Program-made: the position numbers and the translations under genes
The notes under the pieces: generated by a model
What the model was told of the DNA's origin: nothing
Seen by the model: the letters and a program-made list of their open reading frames with translations, nothing else
Databases searched by the model: none
Part shown: piece after piece, positions 18,249 through 29,127 of the stretch
Layout: each line of letters begins with the position of its first letter
Numbering within the stretch: position 1 is the first letter of the stretch
NCBI GenBank assembly: GCA_033551855.1
Contig: JAWSUI010000003.1
Location: forward strand, 32,001 to 96,000
Direction: 5' to 3'
DNA: 64,000 nucleotides
Origin: Deferrisomatales bacterium
Lineage (GTDB): Bacteria > Desulfobacterota > Deferrisomatia > Deferrisomatales > JACRMM01

Positions 18249-18874
18249 GACGGCCCCCTCCGTGCTCGGTAGACGGGGGTCGAGGTGCGGAGGACCCGCT
18301 CCTCCTCGCCCTCCCCCCACGCGATCTCGACCGACACCGCGAGGGGCAGCAGGGGCTCCGCGTCCCGACGGCCGGTGTCCCAGCCGTCCACCCAGTCCGT
18401 CCCGTCGTAACAGAGGACCTCGAAGCGCGAGACCCCGGGGAGGATCTCGTAGGAGACCCCGCCCTCTTCCGGGTCCCCGTCCAGGTCACGGGACTCTCGC
18501 CGGCGCAGGCGCAGCTGGCCCTCCCGGTCCCGCTCCACGAGGTAGCCCACCTCGGCCTCTCCCCCCGGCAGGGAGCCCGGCAGGGGGCTGAGCCGCGTGA
18601 CGAAGGAGAGGGTGGACAGCCCGTCCGGCCCCCGATCCACATGGAAGCCGGTCGCCTGTGCACGGAAGGGGGTGGTCGTGGTGTGGAACGCCGCAGCGAG
18701 CTCGGTCGCCAAACGGTCGAGCACCATCGCGGCGGCGTGGACCTCACGGGTCTGGGCGTTCGACAGGTTCCGGGAGCGGGCGGCTCCCGAGTACGCGCCC
18801 TGGACGAGGCTGAGCACCAACGCCAGCAGCGCCAGCGCCAGGAGCACCTCCAGAAGGGTGAATCCCCGCCTCAA
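18245..18874 (-). CDS. gspJ: T2SS minor pseudopilin GspJ
   Basis: Prepilin motif GFTLLEVLL; LPLAVSVEI; TTGA overlap with the gspI stop. Confidence 0.85.
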   Translation of the reverse strand: MRRGFTLLEVLLALALLALVLSLVQGAYSGAARSRNLSNAQTREVHAAAMVLDRLATELAAAFHTTTTPFRAQATGFHVDRGPDGLSTLSFVTRLSPLPGSLPGGEAEVGYLVERDREGQLRLRRRESRDLDGDPEEGGVSYEILPGVSRFEVLCYDGTDWVDGWDTGRRDAEPLLPLAVSVEIAWGEGEEERVLRTSTPVYRARRGPS

Positions 18875-19284
18875 CGCTCCCCCTCCACGGCGTAGTAGAC
18901 GAGCTCCGTCGAGGCCCGGTCCCCCCGCTCGGGCCAGAAAACGATCAGGCGGACCAGGCGGACACCCTCGAACTCGGTGGTCTCCACCCGCCTCTCCCAA
19001 GCGTAGTCGGGAAACGCCTCCCCGAAGTCACCGTCGTCCTGCCCCAGGTCGGGAAAGCCCTCCACCTCCGTCTCGGTGAGGAGCTCCCGGGTCAGGAGGG
19101 TCGCGGTCATGAGCCGCCGCGCCTGGGCTTCCTGGCGGGCCGCCGAGGTGTGGGCCGAGAGGAGGACCGTGAAGGCGGATCCCAGAATGGCCAGGGCGAG
19201 GAGAAGCTCCAGGAAGCTGAAGCCGCCGCGGAGAAGGCGGGCCCTCGCCCTGCGGCAAGACCTAATCCGGATCCACACGGCCAT
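18871..19284 (-). CDS. gspI: T2SS minor pseudopilin GspI
   Basis: GFSFLELLLAL prepilin motif; start uncertain. Confidence 0.85.
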   Translation of the reverse strand: MAVWIRIRSCRRARARLLRGGFSFLELLLALAILGSAFTVLLSAHTSAARQEAQARRLMTATLLTRELLTETEVEGFPDLGQDDGDFGEAFPDYAWERRVETTEFEGVRLVRLIVFWPERGDRASTELVYYAVEGER

Positions 19285-19767
19285 CGAAGATCCCGACCTG
19301 CCCCGGCAGGGAGCGGATCACCACGGTGTAGAGGTTGCCGTCCCCGTCTTCGAGGTAGACCCAGCTGGGGGTCGCGTACCCCTGGGGGAGAAAATGGGTC
19401 AAGGCCCTTCCCCGGCTCACGACGCCCTCCACCGTGGTCTCCACTTCCCGAAAACGAAGGCCCTCGGGAAGGCGAACGAGCCCCGCCGGCAGGCCGGGGG
19501 ACGGGAGGTAGTCACGCTCCTCCTCGTCCCACTGCCCCGCCCGATAGGTCTGTTCCTCGAAGTCGTAGATCAGGGCTAGGCTTTTTTTTTGAACGCGGCT
19601 TCTTCGTGGAGAGCCTGGGCTGTGGCGGCGAGACGCCGCAGGGCTTGGTTCTTTTGCCCCTCGCCCAGCCGGGGGAGGCGGGGAAGGAGCACCGAGAGCG
19701 CCACCGCCAGGATGAGGAGGACGACCGCCAACTCCACCAGGGTGAAGCCGCGGCGCGAGGGGGTCAC
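19262..19767 (-). CDS. gspH: T2SS minor pseudopilin GspH, split by a frameshift at an A9 tract (19582-19590)
   Basis: GFTLVELAVV..EAAFKKKA-TAG in frame 0; SLALIYDF..HFLPQGYATP..GQVGIFDG continues in the -1 frame. Confidence 0.8.
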
Positions 19768-20210
19768 TCCAGATCCCAGTTGGCGATGTCGGCGAACCTC
19801 CCCTCGCCGCCCGGCTCGCCGTCCGCTCCGTAGGAGAGCAGGTCGAAGTCCCCGTGGTTGCCGGGGGAGAGATAGACGTAAGGGTTGCCCCAGGGGTCCC
19901 TCGGGACCACAGACTTCTCCAGATAGCCGCCCGCCCTCCACCGAGTCGGCACCCGGCCGACCGTGGGCTCGCGCACCAGGGCCTCGAGCCCCTGCTCGGT
20001 GTCCGGGTAGAACCCGTTGTCCACCTCGAATTGGCGCAGCGCGTCCTCCAACACCCGGATCTGGATCCGGGCCGCCGTAATCTTGGCATCCTCGCCTCGA
20101 CCGAACAGCCGCGGCATCACCAAGCCGGCCAAGAGACCGAGGATCGTCAAGACCACCAGGAGCTCAATGAGGGTGAAGCCGGCATCGCGGCGACGTCTGT
20201 TCACGGGCAT
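19764..20210 (-). CDS. gspG: T2SS major pseudopilin GspG
   Basis: GFTLIELLVV, YPDTEQGLEAL, DPWGNPYVY, SYGADG..DIANW. Confidence 0.95.
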   Translation of the reverse strand: MPVNRRRRDAGFTLIELLVVLTILGLLAGLVMPRLFGRGEDAKITAARIQIRVLEDALRQFEVDNGFYPDTEQGLEALVREPTVGRVPTRWRAGGYLEKSVVPRDPWGNPYVYLSPGNHGDFDLLSYGADGEPGGEGRFADIANWDLE

Positions 20211-20238
20211 TCTCGGGATCGGGAGGAGGGGTGGTGGA

Positions 20239-21459
20239 TCAACCCACGAGTTGACTCATCTCGAAAATGGGCAGGAGGATGGCAAGAACGACGAAACCGA
20301 CCGCCAATCCCATGAACAGGATCATAAGGGGTTCCAACAGGGACGTCAAGGTAGCCACCGAGGCTTCCACCTGGCCCTGAAAGGCCTCGGACACTCTGAG
20401 CAGCAGGTCGTCGAGAGCCCCGCTCTCTTCCCCCACACCCACCATCTGGCACATCACCGAGGGGAACTCCCCCGTGGCCCGCAAGGCGTCCCGGAGACTG
20501 CGCCCTTCCCGCACGTCGTCCCGCACCCGCTCCACCGCCCGCTCCAGCACCGAGTTCCCGAGCACCGCCCGGGAGATGTCCAACGCGGTGAGAAGGGGCA
20601 CCCCGCCGCTCAGGAGCGTGCCCAATGTCTTGGAAAAACGGCTCACGCCGACCAGCCGGACGAATCGTCCAAAGGCCGGGGTGCGCAGCACCAGCCCGTC
20701 GATGACGAGTCGCCCCGCCGGGGTGCGGCCGTAGCGGCGCAGTGCGAAGAAGAGGAGAAGGAGCACCGGCAGGGCGACCCACCCGTACTCCTGCAGAAAG
20801 CTGCTCGTGGCCAGGAGCATGCGGGTAGGCGCAGGCAGCGCCCTGCGCATGTCGGCAAAGATATCCGTCACCCGGGGCACCACGCTGGTCAGGAGGAACC
20901 AGAGGATCCCCGCCCCCAACAGCGTCATCAGGGCGGGATAGACCAGGGCTGCCTGCAGCCGCTGCCGAAAGGCTACCGATGCCTCGAGGAAATCCGCCAG
21001 TCGGCTGAGGACGAGGGGCAGGGTTCCGCTTGCTTCCCCGGAGCGGACCATGTTCCGGTAGATCTCAGGAAACGAACGGGAGTGCTCCCCCAGGACGTCG
21101 TGGAAGGCCCGCCCCTCGTTCACCCCCTCGCGGACCTGGGACAGCAGGCGGCTCATGCGGGGGCTGTCGGTCTGCTCCAGCAGTGCCCCGAGGGCCGCCA
21201 CCAGGGGCAAGCCGGCCCCCAGGAGGGTGGCGAGCTGCCGGGTGAGGACGGCGAGCTCCCCCACCCGAACCCCGCGAGAGAGTCTCGGCCTCACGCCCCG
21301 ATCGGTCGTCGCCTCCGCCTTGGCCATCTCGGTCACGCGCGTGGCGAACACCCCCTGCCGCTTGAGCTTCGCCCGCACGGCCCGGGGGCCGTCCCCGTCC
21401 ACGATCCCGCGGGCGGCGCGGCCCCGGGAGTCCAGTCCCTCATACTCGAAGACGGCCAA
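20239..21459 (-). CDS. gspF: T2SS inner-membrane protein GspF
   Basis: TRQLATLL, GEASGTL, ALVYP, GEESGALD, LEPLMI. Confidence 0.95.
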   Translation of the reverse strand: MAVFEYEGLDSRGRAARGIVDGDGPRAVRAKLKRQGVFATRVTEMAKAEATTDRGVRPRLSRGVRVGELAVLTRQLATLLGAGLPLVAALGALLEQTDSPRMSRLLSQVREGVNEGRAFHDVLGEHSRSFPEIYRNMVRSGEASGTLPLVLSRLADFLEASVAFRQRLQAALVYPALMTLLGAGILWFLLTSVVPRVTDIFADMRRALPAPTRMLLATSSFLQEYGWVALPVLLLLFFALRRYGRTPAGRLVIDGLVLRTPAFGRFVRLVGVSRFSKTLGTLLSGGVPLLTALDISRAVLGNSVLERAVERVRDDVREGRSLRDALRATGEFPSVMCQMVGVGEESGALDDLLLRVSEAFQGQVEASVATLTSLLEPLMILFMGLAVGFVVLAILLPIFEMSQLVG

Positions 21460-21469
21460 GGCACTCCCC

Positions 21470-23176
21470 CTAGATCGCCTCTTCCTGGGTGACCCGGAGC
21501 ACCTCCTCGGCGCTGGTGATCCCCCGCAGGAGCTTCCGGGTGCCGTCGTCCCGCAGGGTCAGCATCCCCCCTCGCCGCGCTTCCTCCTTGATGGTCGCCG
21601 AGTCCGCCCCCTTCATGATGAGGTTGCGGATCCGCTCGTCCACCGTCAGCAGCTCGTAGATCCCGGAACGGCCTCGGTACCCGGTCTGCATGCAGTGGGG
21701 ACACCCCTTGGCGCGGTACAGGTGCCCTTCGGGGAGATCCGAAGCGTGAAGGCCGAGCTCCGCCAGTCCTTCGGGGGGGGGCAAATAGGGCTCGCGGCAC
21801 GCCGGGCACAACACCCGGACGAGGCGTTGGGCGAGGATCGCCAGCACGGAAGACGACACCAGGAAGGGCTCGACCCCCATGTCCACCAGCCGGGTCACCG
21901 CCCCGGCCGCGTCGTTGGTGTGGAGGGTGGACAACACCAGGTGACCGGTGAGGCTCGCCTGGATGGCGATCTCGGCGGTCTCTCCGTCGCGGATCTCCCC
22001 CACCATGATCACGTCCGGGTCCTGCCGTAGGATCGACCGGAGGCCAGCAGCGAAGGTCAGGGCGATCTTGGGGTTGACGTGGATCTGGCCGATCCCCCGG
22101 AGCTGGTACTCGATGGGGTCCTCGACGGTAATGATATTGATGTCCTCGGAGTTGATCCGCGAGAGGGCGGCATACAGGGTGGTGGTCTTCCCGGAACCCG
22201 TCGGCCCGGTGACCAGGAGAATCCCGTAGGGGCGGGTGATGAGCTTCTTGAACGCCTCGAGACGCTCGCCGCCGAGTCCCAACTCCTCCAGGTCCAGGAG
22301 CACCGCGGACTTGTCCAGCAGGCGCATCACCACCCGCTCGCCGTAGGCCGTCGGGAGCACCGAGACGCGGATGTCGATGTCCTTTCCCGCGATCTTGATG
22401 CGGATCCGGCCGTCCTGGGGCAGGCGCTTCTCGGCGATGTCGAGGCCCGCCATGACCTTGATCCGGCTGGTGATCGCCGCCTGCAGGGTCTTCGGGGGAG
22501 TGAGAACCGGGTAGAGCACACCGTCGATGCGGTAGCGGATCTGGAGCTCCCGCTCGAAGGCCTCCACGTGAATGTCGCTGGCCCGGTCCTTCACCGCCTG
22601 GAACATGATCCCGTTGACCAGCCGGATGATGGGTGCCTCGTCGGAGGCGTCCAGGAGGTCCTTGGGCTCCTCGATCTCGTGGGCCAGGGCAGAAAGCCCC
22701 ACGTCGCTGAGCCCCTCCATCAGGTCCCCGGCCCGGTCGGAGCCCAGCTCGTACACCCGGTTGATGGCCTGGAGAATCCGGTCCGCCGGTGCCAGGCACG
22801 GTGACACCGGCCGTCCCAGGAGCACTCGCAGATCGTGGAGGACTCGCAGGTCCTCCCCGTCGGCGACCGCGACCAGAACCCGGCCGTTCTCCTCCCCCAG
22901 CGGGAGCACCCGGTGGCGCTTGGCGAACTGGATCGGGACGAGGCGAACCACGTCCTCCGGGATCTCGGCCGGCCGGATCTCGGGGGCGACGGGTAAACCG
23001 AAAGCCTCCGCCTGTGCTTGGAGGAGGGCTTCGGAGCCCACCAGCCCCAAGGAGGAAAGGGCCTCCGACAGGCTGCCGCCCCGCTCGGCCTGCCCGGCCT
23101 GCCCGCGGGCAAGCCCCTCCTCGTCCAGCAGGCCCTTCCCCAAGAGGAGCTCGCCCAGGCCCCTTCGCGCCGTCAC
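21470..23176 (-). CDS. gspE: T2SS ATPase GspE
   Basis: ASDIHVE, RLPQDGR, GPTGSGKTTT, LRQDPD, CxxC pairs; GTGA overlap with gspD. Confidence 0.95.
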   Translation of the reverse strand: MTARRGLGELLLGKGLLDEEGLARGQAGQAERGGSLSEALSSLGLVGSEALLQAQAEAFGLPVAPEIRPAEIPEDVVRLVPIQFAKRHRVLPLGEENGRVLVAVADGEDLRVLHDLRVLLGRPVSPCLAPADRILQAINRVYELGSDRAGDLMEGLSDVGLSALAHEIEEPKDLLDASDEAPIIRLVNGIMFQAVKDRASDIHVEAFERELQIRYRIDGVLYPVLTPPKTLQAAITSRIKVMAGLDIAEKRLPQDGRIRIKIAGKDIDIRVSVLPTAYGERVVMRLLDKSAVLLDLEELGLGGERLEAFKKLITRPYGILLVTGPTGSGKTTTLYAALSRINSEDINIITVEDPIEYQLRGIGQIHVNPKIALTFAAGLRSILRQDPDVIMVGEIRDGETAEIAIQASLTGHLVLSTLHTNDAAGAVTRLVDMGVEPFLVSSSVLAILAQRLVRVLCPACREPYLPPPEGLAELGLHASDLPEGHLYRAKGCPHCMQTGYRGRSGIYELLTVDERIRNLIMKGADSATIKEEARRGGMLTLRDDGTRKLLRGITSAEEVLRVTQEEAI

Positions 23177-25290
23177 GGCTGACCGGCCTCCCCCTTGAGA
23201 CGGTCCAGATAGTGCTCCAGCTTCTGGGCGGGCTGCAGGGGAGGCGCTCCCGTGGGGGTCACCTGCTCTTCGTACAGGAAGCGCTTGTCCTCGGTCACCT
23301 CCTCGAGCTTCGCCATGCTCGTCACGATGCGCGGCGTGAGGAAGATCAGCAGGTTCTTCTTCCGGGTCTCCTGACGGGAGCTCCGGAAGAGGTACCCCAG
23401 GAGCGGAAGATCGCCCAGGCACGGCACGGAGGACGCGGTCATCTGGGTGTCGTCGCTCACCAGCCCGCCGATCACAACGGTGGTCTGGTCCTGGACCACG
23501 ACCGTGGTCCTCGCCGACCGCCGCGTGGTGGACGGGGCGTTGATGCTTCCGCCGGTGGCCGTGCTCAGGATCTGGCTCGTCTCCTGGAAGAGGCGGAGCC
23601 GGACGAAGTTGTCCTCGTTGATCTGGGGGGTGAAGCGCAACGTCAACCCCACATCGCGGTACTCGAAGGTGGAGATGGGGTTCCCCTGGGAGTCGAACTT
23701 CTCGCTGGTCTTGAAGGGGATGTTGTCCGAGACGACGATCTCGGCCTCCTCGTTGTCCGTGGTGATCAGGTGGGGGGAGCTCAGCACGTTGACGTCCGAG
23801 TCGGTCTGGAGCGCTCTGAGCAGGGCCCCGACGTTGAGGAACTCTCTCCCGGCGAAGGTCACGGTGCCCTTGATCACCCCGAGGGCCAGCCCCTGGGGGA
23901 CGGCCAGGGGCCCCCCGACCGCCACGTTGCCGATCGTGCCGAAATTGGTGGAGGCGAAGCCGGTAAGGTCCCCTCCGCGGGGATCGTCGGTGGTGCGCCA
24001 CTCGACACCGAGCTCCAAGGCCTTCTCGAAGCTCATCTCGACGATCAAGGCGTCGACCAGCACCTGGGGCCGGCGGATATCGAGCTTCTCGATGACGTCG
24101 CGCAGGATCTCGTAGTCCTGGGGGCTGGCGATGATCACCAGGGAGTTGGTGGTCTTGTCGGCGGTAATCTGGACGGGCTCCTCGAACTCCACGCTCGCCT
24201 CGGTCGCCCCGGTGGCCCGGGCCGCGGGTTGGGGCTGGCCCGGCCGCGGCCGGGTGCCCGCGGACTTGGAGATGGCGGTGAGGACGGAGGCCACGTTCTC
24301 CGCGTCGGCGTACTTCAGATAGTAGACGTTGATCTTCCCGGAACCCTTCGGGATCTCCACGTCCAACGCCTCGATCATCACCTTGATGTCCGCCATGGTC
24401 TGGGGGTCGGAGATCACGATCAGGGCATTGGTCCGCGAGTCGGGGATGATCTTCACCGCCGTCGCCTCGGCCTGCACCTGCTGGACCTGGGCCTGTCCCC
24501 TGGCCGGGGCCGCCCGGCGCACCTGTCGGGTCCGGTCCGCGACGACCTGGGCCAGGTTCTTCGCCATGATCTCTGCCGAGGCGTAGCGCATGGGGATGAT
24601 CTCGAGGACCGTGTCCACCGTCTCGACGTCCAGGGAACGGATAATCTCCAGGAGCCGCTCGATGTTGGCGTGGGAGTCGATCACGATGAGCGTGTTCGTG
24701 GCCGGATAGGCGATGACCGGGCTGCCCTTGGTCACCAGAGGGGAGATCACCTGCACGATGCCGTTTACATCGACGTACTGGAGCGGGATGATGCGCGTCA
24801 CCACGCGATCCCCCGGAGGTGCCGAGTCCCGGACCGTCTCCACCGTGGTCTGGGATGCCAGCTGGGTCTGGACGATCTTGTAGACCCTACCCGACGGGAC
24901 GATCGTGAAGTTCTTGATGTTGAGCATGGTCTGGAAGATCTCGTAGGCCTCGTCCACGGTCACCTGCAGGGGGCTGATCAGGGTGACCTTGCCCCACTGG
25001 CGCTGGTCGGCGTCGAGAATGAAGCTCTTCCCCGTCACCTCCGAGATGAACTGCACGACCGCGTTGAGCTCCGCGTCCTTGAAGTTCAGAGTGATGCGCC
25101 GGTCCGCCTGCCGGGTGGCCGCGGGCCGGGGCGGGCGCGCGGGAGCCCCCGGGGAGACCGACGGTTCCGGAGGCGCAGTCACCTCCGGCGCAACGGCGGG
25201 GCCGTCCTCGACGGTCTGGGCCGACGGCGGCGTCGGCGCGAGGAGCAGGCAGGTGATGATCAGGCCGATGATCGGGCGCAGGAATCGCAC
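23173..25290 (-). CDS. gspD: T2SS secretin GspD
   Basis: Signal peptide, LNFKDAEL N0 domain, LDIRRPQVLVDALIVE, VPCLGDLPLLGYLF. Confidence 0.95.
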   Translation of the reverse strand: MRFLRPIIGLIITCLLLAPTPPSAQTVEDGPAVAPEVTAPPEPSVSPGAPARPPRPAATRQADRRITLNFKDAELNAVVQFISEVTGKSFILDADQRQWGKVTLISPLQVTVDEAYEIFQTMLNIKNFTIVPSGRVYKIVQTQLASQTTVETVRDSAPPGDRVVTRIIPLQYVDVNGIVQVISPLVTKGSPVIAYPATNTLIVIDSHANIERLLEIIRSLDVETVDTVLEIIPMRYASAEIMAKNLAQVVADRTRQVRRAAPARGQAQVQQVQAEATAVKIIPDSRTNALIVISDPQTMADIKVMIEALDVEIPKGSGKINVYYLKYADAENVASVLTAISKSAGTRPRPGQPQPAARATGATEASVEFEEPVQITADKTTNSLVIIASPQDYEILRDVIEKLDIRRPQVLVDALIVEMSFEKALELGVEWRTTDDPRGGDLTGFASTNFGTIGNVAVGGPLAVPQGLALGVIKGTVTFAGREFLNVGALLRALQTDSDVNVLSSPHLITTDNEEAEIVVSDNIPFKTSEKFDSQGNPISTFEYRDVGLTLRFTPQINEDNFVRLRLFQETSQILSTATGGSINAPSTTRRSARTTVVVQDQTTVVIGGLVSDDTQMTASSVPCLGDLPLLGYLFRSSRQETRKKNLLIFLTPRIVTSMAKLEEVTEDKRFLYEEQVTPTGAPPLQPAQKLEHYLDRLKGEAGQP

Positions 25291-25353
25291 CGTCGGTCCT
25301 CCTTCTGGGTATCGTGGGATTCCGCCCTGCACCGGGCGTCGACCGGCGGAAAG

Positions 25354-26286
25354 CTATCGGATCTCGTAGTTGAAGGTCCGGTTTTCGTTGCGACGCACGA
25401 GGTCGATCTGGATCGACGTCTCCTCTCTCAGGGCCTGGTAGGCCTGGAAGGCCTGCTCCGGCCCCTCGAGCTCGATCCCGTTCACGCGCTTCAGGACGTC
25501 GCCGTTTTGCAGCCCGATACGGGCAAACAGGCTTCCCGGCCGGATGGCGAAGACCTTGAAGCCGTCCGGTTGGCCGTCGGCGAAGTTGGGCACGACCCGA
25601 ATCTGGGTCATGAGCTGGTTCAGGTTGGCGCCGGCCTCCTCGATCTCTCGGCTGTCGATGAGCCAGTTGCTCTCGTCCACCTGCCTCACGGTCTCCGCTG
25701 CCGGGGCGGGCGGGGGTACCGGCTGCGCCCGGGCCGCGGCCGGCTGCCGGCCCCGGGCCGGTGCGGGCTGGGCGGTCTCCGGAGGGTACAGGAGGACCTC
25801 CTCCATCGCGCCCGCTCGGTCCACGAGAATCCGGTCCGACCGGACTTCGGCCAGGCGCGCGGCGGGGGCCACCTCCTCGTCGACACGGACGAGCTTGATC
25901 TCGTTTCCCGACTGGATCAACGCGAACGATCGGCCGCCCTCCACCACCGCCGTGCCGAACAGGGTGATGTTGAGCGGAGTCCGCGGGGCCGGAGAGGGAA
26001 CCGCCTGACCCGCGGCGGCGCCGGGACCCTGAGCCTCGGAGGGCTCCGGCCTTGCCGGCTTGGGGTTGGCATTGAAGACGTTCCGATCCTGGATCACCAG
26101 GAAATCCCCCAGCCGCTCCCCTGCGGCCACCTCGGCGCGAGGCGCCTCCTGGGATGCCGTCGCGGTCTCGGCCACCCACAGACGCTTGGCGAGGAGGACG
26201 CTGGCGAGGCGCGCCGAGAGGAAGGCCGCTCCGGCCAGGAAGAGCAGAGTAAGGACCCAGAAATACTTCAGAATCTGGTCACGCAT
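25354..26286 (-). CDS. gspC: T2SS protein GspC with PDZ domain
   Basis: N-terminal TM helix, LFGT HR domain, GFKVFAIRPGSLF..GLQNGD PDZ. Confidence 0.9.
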   Translation of the reverse strand: MRDQILKYFWVLTLLFLAGAAFLSARLASVLLAKRLWVAETATASQEAPRAEVAAGERLGDFLVIQDRNVFNANPKPARPEPSEAQGPGAAAGQAVPSPAPRTPLNITLFGTAVVEGGRSFALIQSGNEIKLVRVDEEVAPAARLAEVRSDRILVDRAGAMEEVLLYPPETAQPAPARGRQPAAARAQPVPPPAPAAETVRQVDESNWLIDSREIEEAGANLNQLMTQIRVVPNFADGQPDGFKVFAIRPGSLFARIGLQNGDVLKRVNGIELEGPEQAFQAYQALREETSIQIDLVRRNENRTFNYEIR

Positions 26287-26307
26287 GCACCGTCTCGCAT
26301 TCGCGCT

Positions 26308-26337
26308 AGGATACGCGACCGCTCAACGGGCGTGCAA
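26308..26337 (-). promoter_or_regulatory. Putative sigma70 promoter of the gsp operon
   Basis: TTGCAC-N18-TATCCT. Confidence 0.45.
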
Positions 26338-26429
26338 GGACTGGATGGGCCACCGGGAGGAAGGCGGCGCCGAAATCCCCGGCCCGCCGCTGCCGCACGC
26401 GGACAGGGTGACGCCACGGGGAGGCGAAC

Positions 26430-26597
26430 CTAACCTCCTCTCGCCTGCTCCTTCTCCAGTGCGTGCACGGGACAGGCGGTGCGCCACCTGCAGTATCCCT
26501 TGGGATGGGCGCAGCGGGGAGGAGAGAGGGGGATGTCCCGCGCAGCCCTTTGGCAGTGGTAGAGCTTGCCGGGGTGGCGGGCCCCAGACAGATCCAC
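26430..26597 (-). CDS. Small 4-Cys protein (about 55 aa)
   Basis: YHC..RCAHPKGYCRWRTACPVHALEKE; GTG 26597 or ATG 26666 start. Confidence 0.55.
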   Translation of the reverse strand: MDLSGARHPGKLYHCQRAARDIPLSPPRCAHPKGYCRWRTACPVHALEKEQARGG

Positions 26598-26835
26598 GGT
26601 CGCGTCACCCCCGCCCGGGGGGGGAGGGTTCGCTGCGGCCAGAAAGGCGCTGTCGATGACCGTCATGGCGGAGCCTTCGCGGAGATTTGCCGTCGCCCCC
26701 CACCGGAGCGGCGAACCGCACCTTCGATGCGGCGGCGGGCGTGCGGTTACCGCTCCCCGGCCGTCCCTGGGTGGGGAAACCCGTCATCCCCCGGAAGACC
26801 CCAAGAACGGCCGGCACCGGAACAACCCAAGTCAT

Positions 26836-27044
26836 GGTTCTTCCGCTAAACGACCGGGTGGGCCCGCCCACTCCGGCAGACGAGGCCGGACTGCACGGTA
26901 GGTGTTCTCCCCCGCCGCGTCCGGAATCCTCGCGGCATCGCGACTCCCGAAGCGGCTGCTCACGTCGAGCGGCCGTCCGCCTACGTGGTCGGGCCCACCC
27001 GATCGTCCCTGGACACGAGGACCCGGTCATTTCCCGGATGATCT
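26836..27044. mobile_element. MITE-like element, copy 1 (degenerate right TIR)
   Basis: 209 bp, aligns without gaps to 42827-43035 with 26 mismatches by manual count (about 88%). Confidence 0.75.
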
Positions 27045-27074
27045 CAAATTGTGGCGCTCGCCTGGGGGCACGGC

Positions 27075-28208
<1,134 letters not shown>

Positions 28209-28305
28209 CCTACCGAAGAACCTCTAGCGCCGCCGGGCGATGGGGTCGGCCCTCTCTTCCGCACCGACCGGGCGGTGAGCCCGGCTTCCGTGTTCGCGAG
28301 GGTTC

Positions 28306-29127
28306 ATGCTCGGGTTCCTCCTTCGTTATCGAGGGGTGATCATCGGCGGGGGGCTCACGCTGGTGGCCCTGGGCGTGCTCTCGTCCGGGAGGGAAGGCAA
28401 CGGCGTCCTGGGGCGATCCGTGGGCCTGCTGGGGGCGCCGGTCCAGACGGCCGTGAAAGGGATCGCCGAAGGACTCGGCTCGGTGGTGGACCGCTACGTC
28501 TTCCTGGTCTACGCCGCTCGAGATGCGGAGCTCCTGCGCCGGGAGGTGGCGGAGCTCCGCCGGGAGCTCCTGGACGTGGAAGAGGTAGCCCAGGAGAACC
28601 TTCGCCTCAAGGCACTGCTCGGCTTCAAGGAAGCGACGCCCCTGCGCCAGATCCCGGCCCGGGTCGTAGGGCGGAGCGCCACGCTCTGGTTTCAGTCCCT
28701 GGTCCTGGACAAAGGGAGCGCCGACGGGGTCGTCGTCGACTGCCCGGTGACGACTCCGGCGGGGGTGGTGGGGCGGGTCTTTGAAGTATCCGGGTCGGCG
28801 AGCCGGGTGCTGCTGCTCACCGACCCGAACTCCGCCGTGGACGCCATCGTCCAGCGCACGCGGGCCCAGGTGCTGGTCGAGGGGACCCTCGGCCCCACGT
28901 GCCGGGTGCTCCACCTCGCGCGGGGGGAAGAGGCAGCGCCGGGGGACCGTGTCGTGACCTCCGGACTCGGGGGGATCTTTCCCAAGGGGCTTCTCTTGGG
29001 GGAGATTTCCCACGTGGAGGCGCGCCCGGGGGACGTGTTCCACGCCGCGCAGCTCGCCCCCAGCGCCGACTTCAGCCGCCTCGAGGAGGTGTTCGTGATC
29101 CTCCCGGACGGCGGGGACGCCCCGTGA
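28306..29127 (+). CDS. mreC: Rod shape-determining protein MreC
   Basis: ENLRLKALL, LDKGSADG, VTSGLGGIFPKG. Confidence 0.93.
   Translation: MLGFLLRYRGVIIGGGLTLVALGVLSSGREGNGVLGRSVGLLGAPVQTAVKGIAEGLGSVVDRYVFLVYAARDAELLRREVAELRRELLDVEEVAQENLRLKALLGFKEATPLRQIPARVVGRSATLWFQSLVLDKGSADGVVVDCPVTTPAGVVGRVFEVSGSASRVLLLTDPNSAVDAIVQRTRAQVLVEGTLGPTCRVLHLARGEEAAPGDRVVTSGLGGIFPKGLLLGEISHVEARPGDVFHAAQLAPSADFSRLEEVFVILPDGGDAP

Noticed and set aside
26836..27044. 209-bp repeat as 6S RNA or a riboswitch
   Set aside because: Two dispersed copies, TIRs and a TSD fit a MITE better; the usual ssrS context is absent.
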